A stretch of 14,551 nt of DNA, counting the filler, from an uncultured Planctomycetales bacterium (GTDB lineage Bacteria > Omnitrophota > Gorgyraeia > Gygaellales > Profunditerraquicolaceae): the NCBI GenBank assembly GCA_964487475.1. It is 6 parts of 6 records of this genome, joined end to end, with 100 filler letters (N's around TTAATTAATTAA, not from the genome) between each part and the next. Parts side by side here need not be neighbours in the genome. Positions count along the whole stretch, not along the records: positions 1 to 2,902 come from CAZAPM010000030.1; positions 3,003 to 5,375 come from CAZAPM010000032.1; positions 5,476 to 7,826 come from CAZAPM010000033.1; 3 more parts are not named here. One strand, given 5' to 3'. Position 1 is the first letter of the stretch. Each line of letters starts with the position of its first letter. The notes beneath the pieces were generated by a model. That model was not told where the DNA came from. It did no database searches and saw only the letters and a program-made list of their open reading frames with translations. Shown here piece after piece: positions 1 through 7,926 of this stretch. A program made the position numbers and the translations under genes.

Positions 1-671
1 ACATCGTCACGGTCGAGGACCCGGTGGAGTACCAGATGGAGGGGATCAACCAGGTCTCGGTGCGTCCGGAGATCGGGTTGACCTTCGCCGCATCCTTAAG
101 GGCCATCCTGCGCCAGGACCCCAACGTCATCATGATCGGGGAGATCCGCGATTTCGAAACGGTGGATATCGCCATCAAGAGCGCCCTGACCGGGCATCTG
201 GTCATCTCGACTTTGCACACCACCACCGCGCCCGGCGCGATCATCCGCCTGGTCAACATGGGGGTGGAGCCGTATCTCATCGATTCCTCCCTGGCATGCG
301 TGGTCGCGCAGCGGCTGGTGCGCCGGGTGTGCAGTTACTGCCGCGAAGAAGTCGCGGTGCCGAAGGAGGTCCTGGAGAACCTGAAGGTGCGGCCTTCCAA
401 GGACCCCAAGGTGCCCATGAAATTCTTCCGCGGGAAAGGATGCTCCCACTGTTTCAACCTGGGGTACAACGGGCGTATCGTGATCTGCGAGGTGCTGATC
501 CTCACCCCCGCGGTCCGCGAGCTGGTGATGGCGCGGGCGCAGGAGCATGTGGTCAAGCAGTGCGCGCGCAAAGAGGGGATGATGACGCTTCGCGAGAACG
601 GGATGCACCTCGTCTATCAGGGCATGACCACGCTGGAGGAAGTGCTGCGGGTCACCGCTCCCGACGATTAA
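1..671 (+). CDS. pilB: Type IV pilus / type II secretion assembly ATPase, GspE/PilB family (5'-truncated by window edge)
   Basis: Frame is open from position 3 ([10 protein letters not shown], Asp box), so GTG at 24 is not the start. Contains Walker [16 protein letters not shown], His box [17 protein letters not shown], Zn motif CSYC...CSHC and C-terminal [11 protein letters not shown]. Stop TAA at 669-671. Confidence 0.9.
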   Translation, partial: IVTVEDPVEYQMEGINQVSVRPEIGLTFAASLRAILRQDPNVIMIGEIRDFETVDIAIKSALTGHLVISTLHTTTAPGAIIRLVNMGVEPYLIDSSLACVVAQRLVRRVCSYCREEVAVPKEVLENLKVRPSKDPKVPMKFFRGKGCSHCFNLGYNGRIVICEVLILTPAVRELVMARAQEHVVKQCARKEGMMTLRENGMHLVYQGMTTLEEVLRVTAPDD

Positions 672-687
672 GCACAACGACAGGCCT

Positions 688-2424
688 ATGCAGATCATCA
701 AAGAGAACATAATCGAGATCCTCTTAAAGAGCAAGCAGGTCAACAAGGAGCAGTTGGACAAGGCCCTGGAGCTGCAGAAGCAGAAGCACGTGCCGCTGCG
801 CCGGGTGCTGGTGGAGATGGGGATCATCTCCGAGGACGAGATTCTTTCGCTCCTCTCCGAGCGGCTCTACATCCCGCGCCTGCACCTGACCAAATACAAG
901 TTCGATCCCGATATCATCAAGCTGATCCCGGAGCGCATGGCGCGGCAGTACACCATGATCCCCCTTTCGAAGATGGGCTCGACCCTGACCGTGGCCATGT
1001 CCGACCCCTTGAACGTATTCGCCCTGGATGACGTCAAGACCTTCACCGGGTTCAACGTGGACACGGTCTTAAGCCCCGAAGAGGAGATCAACCGGGCCAT
1101 CGACGCGCAGTACCGCGGGGAATCCCAGGACATCACCCAGGTGCTCGACAGCGCCGAGGGCGGCGGGGAAGGGAACAAGGATATCGAGCTCATGCGCCAG
1201 GAGGACCTGGAGCTTTCCGGCGCGCTCAAGGATTCGGAGAAGGCCCCTATCGTCAAGCTGGTGGATCTGATGCTCACCCAGGCGCTGAAGAAACGGGCTT
1301 CGGACATCCATATCGAGCCGGAACTCGACTGCCTGCGCATCCGCTACCGCATCGACGGCGCGCTGCATGACATCTTCAACATCCCCAAGATCAACCAGAA
1401 CGCGGTCCTGGCGCGCCTCAAGATCATCTCCAACCTCGACATCACCGAGAACCGCATCCCGCAGGACGGCCGTTTCAAGGTCAAGTTCGAAGGCAAAGAA
1501 GTGGATTTCCGCGTCTCGAGCCTGCCGACCACCTTCGGCCAGAAGTTCGTGCTGCGCCTTCTGGACAAGGCTAACCTCTCCATCGGCCTGGACAAACTGG
1601 GGTTCTCCGAGCAGCCGGCGCGCATCTTCAAGGAAGCGGTGGCCAAGCCCTTCGGCATGATCCTGGTCACCGGCCCTACGGGTTCGGGTAAGTCCACGAC
1701 CCTGTATTCGGTCCTGAACCAGCTTAATACCCCGGAGCGCAACATCATCACCATCGAAGACCCGGTGGAATACCAGGTGGACGGGATCACCCAGATACAC
1801 GTCAAGCCGGAAGTGGGGCTGGATTTCGCCTCCGGGTTGCGTTCCCTGCTGCGCCAGAGCCCGGATGTCATCATGATCGGCGAGATCCGTGACGGCGAGA
1901 CCGCGGACATCGCGGTCAAGGCGGCCTTAACCGGCCAGCTGGTGCTCTCGACCCTGCACACCAATGACGCCATCTCCAGCATCACCCGACTGTGCGACAT
2001 GGGACTGGAGCCCTTCCTGGTGGCCTCCAGCCTGGTCATGCTCTGCGCCCAGCGTCTTTGCCGCAGGCTCTGCGCCAAGTGCAAGCGTCCCATCGATGTG
2101 CCGGAGGAGTATCTCAAAGAGATAGAGTTCGATCCGTTCCATATCGGGCCCGACGGGAAAAAACAGCGCACGGTTTTTTATGCCTCTCCCGGCTGTTCTT
2201 ATTGCAACAATACCGGATTCCATGGTAGAATAGCAATCCTTGAAGCGATACTGATTGACGATTCGATGCGCGAGATGATCATGAAAAAGAAGTCGATCGA
2301 TGAGATCAAGCATTACGCCATCGAAACGTTGCATATGAAGATACTGCGTGACGATGCCTACATCAAGGTGCGGGAAGGCCTGACCACCATTGACGAGGCG
2401 ATACGCGTCACTACAGAGGAATAA
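688..2424 (+). CDS. pilB: Type IV pilus / type II secretion assembly ATPase, GspE/PilB family, full length 578 aa, with degenerate MshEN-like N-terminus
   Basis: ASDIHIEP, RYRIDG, RIPQDGR, Walker A GPTGSGKSTT, TIEDPVEY, Walker [18 protein letters not shown], Zn motif CAKC...CSYC. Confidence 0.93.
   Translation: MQIIKENIIEILLKSKQVNKEQLDKALELQKQKHVPLRRVLVEMGIISEDEILSLLSERLYIPRLHLTKYKFDPDIIKLIPERMARQYTMIPLSKMGSTLTVAMSDPLNVFALDDVKTFTGFNVDTVLSPEEEINRAIDAQYRGESQDITQVLDSAEGGGEGNKDIELMRQEDLELSGALKDSEKAPIVKLVDLMLTQALKKRASDIHIEPELDCLRIRYRIDGALHDIFNIPKINQNAVLARLKIISNLDITENRIPQDGRFKVKFEGKEVDFRVSSLPTTFGQKFVLRLLDKANLSIGLDKLGFSEQPARIFKEAVAKPFGMILVTGPTGSGKSTTLYSVLNQLNTPERNIITIEDPVEYQVDGITQIHVKPEVGLDFASGLRSLLRQSPDVIMIGEIRDGETADIAVKAALTGQLVLSTLHTNDAISSITRLCDMGLEPFLVASSLVMLCAQRLCRRLCAKCKRPIDVPEEYLKEIEFDPFHIGPDGKKQRTVFYASPGCSYCNNTGFHGRIAILEAILIDDSMREMIMKKKSIDEIKHYAIETLHMKILRDDAYIKVREGLTTIDEAIRVTTEE
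2202..2231 (+). promoter_or_regulatory. Putative internal sigma70-type promoter inside the second ATPase gene
   Basis: TTGCAA (2202-2207), 18-nt spacer ending in TGG, then TAGAAT (2226-2231), i.e. extended -10 TGnTAGAAT. Lies in a local GC dip (hand count ~44% over 2161-2340 vs ~64% over 1861-1980) with atypical codons GGT AGA ATA. Confidence 0.5.
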
Positions 2425-2425
2425 T

Positions 2426-2902
2426 ATGGCGGACAACAAGCGCATACTGCTGCTGGTGGACAACGAGGATATCTCGCGGTACCTCCGTGAAGAGCTGATC
2501 ATCAACGGTGGGTATGAGGTTACTTTTGAGGCGACCGTGCAGGGGGCATTGGACGTGCTGCGCCGCGATGCCTATGACCTGGTGATCTCGCAGTTCGGGG
2601 TGGGGGAGACGGACGGCCCGAGCATTATCCGCGCCTTCAAGCGGGTCGATGCCGACAGCGTCATCATCGCCTTCCTGGAGAAGGAGACCCCGGAGCTGCT
2701 GCAGGGTATCGTGGACCTGGGGCTGTATGATTTCATCAGCAAGCCTATTGATTTGGGAAAGCTCTTCTTCCTGGTGAAGAAGGGGATCGAGCTGCATACC
2801 CTTATCCTTTCCCAGCGCAAGCTCCTGGCCAGCTTCCAGGAGCAGAACGTTTCCCTGCAGAAGCAGAACGGCCTGCTGGTCAAGCGCATCGAGGAATCCA
2901 CC
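2426..2902 (+). CDS. Atypical (aspartate-less) receiver-domain protein with coiled-coil linker, 3'-truncated by contig end
   Basis: ATG at 2426, 1 nt after the upstream stop, with GAGGA at 2416-2420. Receiver pattern RILLLVDN...YDLVISQF...DG...IIAFL...YDFISKP followed by heptad-like ASFQEQNVSLQKQNGLLVKRIEEST. Confidence 0.8.
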
Positions 2903-3002
2903 NNNNNNNNNNNNNNNNNNNNNNNNNNNNNNNNNNNNNNNNNNNNTTAATTAATTAANNNNNNNNNNNNNNNNNNNNNNNNNNNNNNNNNNNNNNNNNN
3001 NN
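2903..3002. other. Artificial contig-joining spacer
   Basis: 44 N + TTAATTAATTAA (stop in all six frames) + 44 N; identical 100-nt structure at five places. Confidence 0.98.
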
Positions 3003-5269
3003 AATGCTGCGGGATCGCTGTGCGCGCGAGCCAACTCTGCCAGCGAATTCAGCACCGCCGGCATGCCGGCATAAAATTCCTCCGATTCCGTAATGCCGAC
3101 CGCGGGCAGCGACGCGGGCTTAGCGCCCTTCAAAGAAATCCGTGCGGTCTCCCGGGAATCCGTCATGGAGAATCCCGCGGCTTCGAACAACGCCGCTTCT
3201 TGTTCATCAAGCTGGACTCCGCCGAGTAATTCCGCGCCCAGCGATTGTGCCACCCTGGCCGCAAATCCCAACAGCGTCGTATGCAGCCCTTTATATTTCT
3301 CGGAAAAATCCCCGGCAACAAACAGCCCAGGACCGTGCACCATAGGCCCCACCTGGTTCACGCCGTCAAAAGAAGCCCATATCGCGGCGCTATTCCTCCC
3401 TGACGGGCGTTGATCCACGGAAAAATGCACGAATCCGACGCGCACTCCCCGGAACGATACCTCAACCACGTGCGGAGTGCGCGTGGCCCCGGAGATTTGC
3501 TCGGATTCTCCTGCGACATAATAGCGGAAGGTGAACTGTTCGCCGTCATCGGCGGTGACCGTGACCGCGCCGGAACCCTCCCTGGCCCACCTCGCGGTTA
3601 CCTCGCTTACCTGCGCGTTGACGATCGCACGCATCGCCGCCTCGGCGCTGCGGTTAGCCCCCTCCAGGATCGAACCCGCGCCGGGACCGCCTCCCGGTTC
3701 GGACAGCAACCCCCAGAGCGTACGCAATGTGGGATCGAAAGAATCCGGCTTCATGCGCATATCATCCACCGATACGCCGATCCGCGCAGGTGCCCGAGCA
3801 GGCGCAGGGCGCTGTATCGCCGCCTGATACCTGGCGATCTCCTGTTCGACCTGCACCAGAAGCGCGCCCGCCTTTTCGCGGTTGCGGCGCGCCGCAGCCC
3901 TCGTAGTCTCGCCTAATGATTCATTATCCTCTATATCGGCGTATCCTCTCACGCCGCTCTCTTCGTCGCCCTCGATCGCCACGCGCAGCAGATCGCGCGC
4001 CTCGACCAGACTTACCAGCCCGCCGTGCTTATGGAAATCCCTGCCCATGCGGAAACTGCGGTTGGCGAACTCAAGCACCGACCCGCCTCCGGGCCCGCCA
4101 AAAGGCTCTTCGATGTCATCGACCCTCGCCTCTTCCGCGCTTACCCCATCGCCCTGCGCGGCATTTCCGGCCATTACTACGCGCTGCTGCCCATCCGCCA
4201 TCTTAGCGGCGATATCCGCGGCTCCGTTGCCGGCAAAAACCCCGGGAGCGCTCGCGGTAAACTGCACGCCTCCGCTGACATAACTGCGGATCGACTGATT
4301 GGCGCCGCTTCCCGCGTTTTCCCTGATATTGTATTCCCCGTCATTAAATGACTTCTCATACTCCTTAAAATAGGTAAGCTTTGACCACTCCTCTCCTGAA
4401 GTCAAACCGGAAAGGTTCCCGGAATCGATCAGGGAAGCGTACTTGCCCTGCTTGCCGCTAAAGCGAGTCTTGAACCACTGGGAGAGGATCAGGGAATAAT
4501 ACACCTGACGAACCGAGCTGAACTCCTTTGAGGTATTGACCTGCTTAGTCAGCACGGGAAGGATCTGTTCGCGGCAGAGCTGCGCCGCATACTCATTGAG
4601 TTGCTGCATGCGGGGATCCTCGAAGGAATACTCCGCGGAGCCTTTCAGGTGGTCCTGTTCCAGCAGGACTTTCAAGGTGGCTTTATAGATGTAGGCGTTG
4701 CCTTCCGATTCGCGGATGATCACCTCTCCGGGTACGATCCAGGGGCGGGTCAGTGTCGGGATGGTCACCTGCGTCTGGCCGTAGAGCTCATGCGCTTTCT
4801 TGTAAAGGGCGTCCCAATACGCGCGTCCGGTAGGGGTCTGCGGGTTGGTCAGCTGCGCGAGGCCTTTTTTGAGGGCCACGTCCGCTTCGAGGAGGATGCG
4901 TCCGATATCCGTCTTTTCCAGCCGCTCGTCGATGATCGAATCCGCGGAATCCGGGCGCAGATTGACCCAGAATACGTCGTTAGGCAGCGCAACGCCGATA
5001 AGGAAATACTTAAGGAGTGTGGAGCTCTCGCGCGCCAGGTCTTCCCCGGTCAGGGAGACCATATCCCCCTTATCCACCAGCAGACGGAAGTGCTCCGTCT
5101 CGGGAGTGTAGGAGAAGTAGCGCATGTGCGGAAGCCGCGCCTGGGTGGCGACGGTGGGAGCGGGTTTCAGCTGGCTTGAGATCTTCAGCTGGATTGCGTT
5201 CTGGGCGAAACCGGTCTGGAAGGGCAGAAAACACGCTACCAGCAGCAGGCTTATAAGCTTGCGTATCAT
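3003..5269 (-). CDS. Large secreted multidomain protein, N-terminal ~755 aa (3'-truncated): signal peptide, conserved N-terminal domain, GGPG repeats, GNAT-like domain
   Basis: ATG at 5269 with AAGGAG 7 nt upstream. Signal peptide MIRKLISLLLVACFLPFQTGFA|Q. Domain with FLIGVALPNDVFWVNLRPD, TDIGRILLEADVALKK, TRPWIVPG, RSYVSGGV. No stop before the contig end. Confidence 0.85.
3647..3700 (-). repeat. Copy 2 of 18-aa intragenic motif (EPGGGPGAGSILEGANRS)
   Basis: Matches copy 1 (4055-4108) at 14 of 18 residues. Confidence 0.8.
4055..4108 (-). repeat. Copy 1 of 18-aa intragenic motif (EPFGGPGGGSVLEFANRS)
   Basis: Direct translation; second copy at 3647-3700. Confidence 0.8.
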
Positions 5270-5276
5270 GTTGATA

Positions 5277-5282
5277 CTCCTT
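5277..5282 (-). promoter_or_regulatory. Shine-Dalgarno site (AAGGAG) of the large secreted protein gene
   Basis: Minus strand reads AAATAAGGAGTATCAACATG. Confidence 0.8.
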
Positions 5283-5320
5283 ATTTTGAGATGGTTTGAA
5301 AGCAGATAACTAATACAAGG

Positions 5321-5349
5321 AGTATACCTGACCAGCGACGGGGATTAAA
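5321..5349 (-). promoter_or_regulatory. Putative sigma70-type promoter for the large secreted protein gene
   Basis: Minus strand TTTAAT (5349-5344), 17-nt spacer, TATACT (5326-5321), 51 nt upstream of the ATG. Confidence 0.4.
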
Positions 5350-5375
5350 GGGGTTTGGAGGGAAAAAGGAAAGCG

Positions 5376-5475
5376 NNNNNNNNNNNNNNNNNNNNNNNNN
5401 NNNNNNNNNNNNNNNNNNNTTAATTAATTAANNNNNNNNNNNNNNNNNNNNNNNNNNNNNNNNNNNNNNNNNNNN
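5376..5475. other. Artificial contig-joining spacer
   Basis: 44 N + TTAATTAATTAA + 44 N. Confidence 0.98.
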
Positions 5476-5530
5476 CCAGCGCGAAAGGCGTGGCGATCAG
5501 CGAACCGCAATGCGTGTCTTCTTCCCAATC
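5476..5530. repeat. Exact 55-nt repeat, copy at contig end
   Basis: CCAGCGCGAAAGGCGTGGCGATCAGCGAACCGCAATGCGTGTCTTCTTCCCAATC is identical to 9583-9637. Confidence 0.95.
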
Positions 5531-7826
5531 TTTAAGATGGACAGAGATAATGAGCGGATTCTTGAGAGGCGAAACTTCTACTGCTGCAGCGGCTACGGGC
5601 GCGACAGGGCCGGCCGGAGAAGTAGGACCGCGCGGTCCCTTGTCCGTATCGGCGTTTCCACCCTCCAAAGGATCATGTCCTTCAAACCAGGCATTAAGTT
5701 CGGCCATAGTGATGCCGGAAAGATCGCCTTCCGCCACATGGTGCGCGAATTTCTTCAGCCCGGCCACGCGCTTGGCAAAATCCCCTTCCTTATCCCCGTG
5801 CTTGTGGCGTGCAATACCCTGCACGCGCTTGAAATCACCCGCCACACCCGCCTGCACCCCGGCCTCGGCGTCTTCCACCATCATGGAATGCCAAGGATCG
5901 GTGCCCAGACGACGGGCGCATTCGAGGAACAACCACGGCGAAGGCTTGCTCTGGGCCTTGGTATTGGTCACATCCAATCCGCAGACGATCTCATCGAAGA
6001 GATCGATCAAGCCGACACCCGCCAGGACCTTCGGAGTATTCTTGGAGGCGGAAGCGATGCCGACCTTGATGCCTTCGGCGCGCAGCATACGAACCAGGAC
6101 CACCGCATCTTCGAACACGGTTGCCTTTGCCTCGCCGGAATCCAGAAGCTCGTTGAAACGATCATTCTTGCGGTTGGCGATACCGGCGATCGTAAAATCC
6201 TTGTCCTGCTCATTCCAGTTATGCGCGTTCTCATCTCCGTATGCCAGCTGGGCCTCGGTAAACCCGCGGCTTCTGAAGAATGCCTCGGTGCCGCGGTAAC
6301 GGCTCTTGCCATCAACATGCTGCTCATACTCGTGCGCGGTGAACTCAGCGAAAGCCACACCCGTGGTCTGCTCGAGTTTACGCAGTGCCTTATCGTAAGT
6401 CTCCTTCCACGCCCTCATATGCACGGTCGCGGTATCGGTAATGACGCCGTCGAGATCGAACACCGCTGCCTTGAATTTCCTCTCGGAGACAATAACCGCG
6501 GGCTCGGGCCTTCCGATGAACCAAAGCACCAGATCCTCGACCTTGACGCCGCTCAGATCACCCTGCGCCACATGATGCGCAAACTCCCTTAAGTTCTTCA
6601 CGCGCTTCTCAAAGTCTCCGTCCTTGTCATTACCCTTGCGACGGGCAATACCCTGCACCCTCTTGAACACGCCCGCAGCGCCTGCCTGTACCCCGGCCTC
6701 TGCATCCTCGACCATGACGGCATGCGCCGGCACGGTGCCCAACTGCTCGGAGCATTCGATAAAGAGCCACGGGGAAGGCTTGGACTGGGCCGCGGTGTTG
6801 GTCACGTTCAATCCGCAGACAATGGCATCGAAGAGACCGATGATCCCCACGCCCTGCAGGACCTTAGGCGTATTCTTGGAAGCAGAGGCAATACCCACCT
6901 TGATGCCCGCAGCCTTAATCTCCTTGACCATAGCCACGGCATCCTCGAACACATCAGCCTTGGCAACCCCGGTATCCAGCAGTTCGTTGAACCTTAAATT
7001 CTTGGCGTTGGCGATACCCGCGATATCGAAGTACGCGTCAGCGCCATCCCACACGTATACCGTATCCTTGGCCTTATCATCTCCGTAAGGCAGCTGCTCG
7101 GCGGTAAATCCGCGGCTTCTGAAGAACGCCTCGGTCCCGCGGTAGCGGCTCTTGCCGTCCACATGCTGCTCATATTCGTGCTGGGTGAACTCGGCAAAGG
7201 CAACCCCGAACTTGGTTTCCAGCTTGCGCAAGGCCGCTTCGTACGTTTCCTTCCACGCCCTCATGTGCACGGTCGCGGTATCGGTGATAACGCCATCCAG
7301 ATCGCACACCACAGCCTTCAGTCCGGCGGCAGCAGCCAGCTTGACGATCGCCTCGCGCTTGGCCTGAGCATTGTCCGCCATGTGGTTCGGCAGCGCCCGC
7401 ATCGCTTCGAAGCTGTGGGTATTGTTCTCGAAAGGTTTCTTGTCATACGCCTTCGCGTCCACGCCAAAGGGCACCCAGGTGGTGATGTGCAGGCCCTTGC
7501 GGAAGACGTCGGCATGGCAGGTGGCGTGCTTGGCATCCAGGGTATCACGCACCGCGTTGTAAATGATCGTCGATTCCGCGGTCAGATGGACCGCCACACT
7601 ATCCTGCACGTAGGTACGCTTCATCGCCACATTACCCACGGTGCTTGCCGAGATCACGGATTCAGTAACTACGCCCATACCCACCGCAGCATCAATGATA
7701 ATGCTGTTCCTGATAAGCGTACCGTTGATATTGATCCCTGCAGCCACATCCTCCCAGGTGATCTCGCGCCTGGTATCCTGACGCACCCCCTCATGATTGA
7801 CGTACACCCCGCCGAAGTAGCTGTTG
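5476..7826 (-). CDS. Internal fragment of a large repetitive protein (no start, no stop): beta-helix-like module end, two tandem beta-phosphoglucomutase-like HAD domains, Pro/Ala/Gly linker, start of a nucleotidyltransferase-like module
   Basis: Frame open across the whole contig (begins NSYFGGVYVNHEG at 7825). Two copies of DLDGVITDTA / VDGKSRYRG / IASASKN / SKPSP / VEDAEAG (HAD motifs I-IV, beta-PGM subfamily). Ends PLIISVHLKDWEEDTHCGSLIATPFAL. Confidence 0.88.
5684..7318 (-). repeat. Tandem intragenic duplication of a beta-PGM-like HAD domain (about 6518-7318 and 5684-6472)
   Basis: DLDG motifs at 7292-7303 and 6446-6457 (period 846 nt = 282 aa). Long identical peptide blocks such as DLDGVITDTATVHMRAWKETY and HEYEQHVDGKSRYRGTEAFFRSRGFT; roughly 70% aa identity by eye. 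Confidence 0.92.
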
Positions 7827-7926
7827 NNNNNNNNNNNNNNNNNNNNNNNNNNNNNNNNNNNNNNNNNNNNTTAATTAATTAANNNNNNNNNNNNNNNNNN
7901 NNNNNNNNNNNNNNNNNNNNNNNNNN
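7827..7926. other. Artificial contig-joining spacer
   Basis: 44 N + TTAATTAATTAA + 44 N. Confidence 0.98.

Noticed and set aside
2390..2425. ORF-track start at 2390 for the receiver protein
   Set aside because: Overlaps the ATPase end; ATG 2426 has an SD and coincides with the receiver domain start. Track starts at 24, 7807, 10177 and 12476 are likewise internal codons of truncated frames.
96..2505. Minus-strand ORFs 96-827, 867-1340, 1069-1800, 1344-2171, 1927-2505
   Set aside because: Antisense to well-supported ATPase genes; no recognisable domains.
5317..5348. Plus-strand AAGGAG as RBS of a divergent gene
   Set aside because: No ATG/GTG/TTG at suitable spacing, and the nearby CTG frame stops after six codons.
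5684..7318. Assigning pgmB/ycjU to the HAD domains, or calling the duplication an assembly artefact
   Set aside because: They are domains within a longer frame rather than standalone genes, and the copies differ by many substitutions and an indel.
5490..7882. Plus-strand ORFs 5490-6299, 5510-6592, 6624-7088, 7163-7882
   Set aside because: Shadows of the minus-strand HAD frame, expected in GC-rich DNA.
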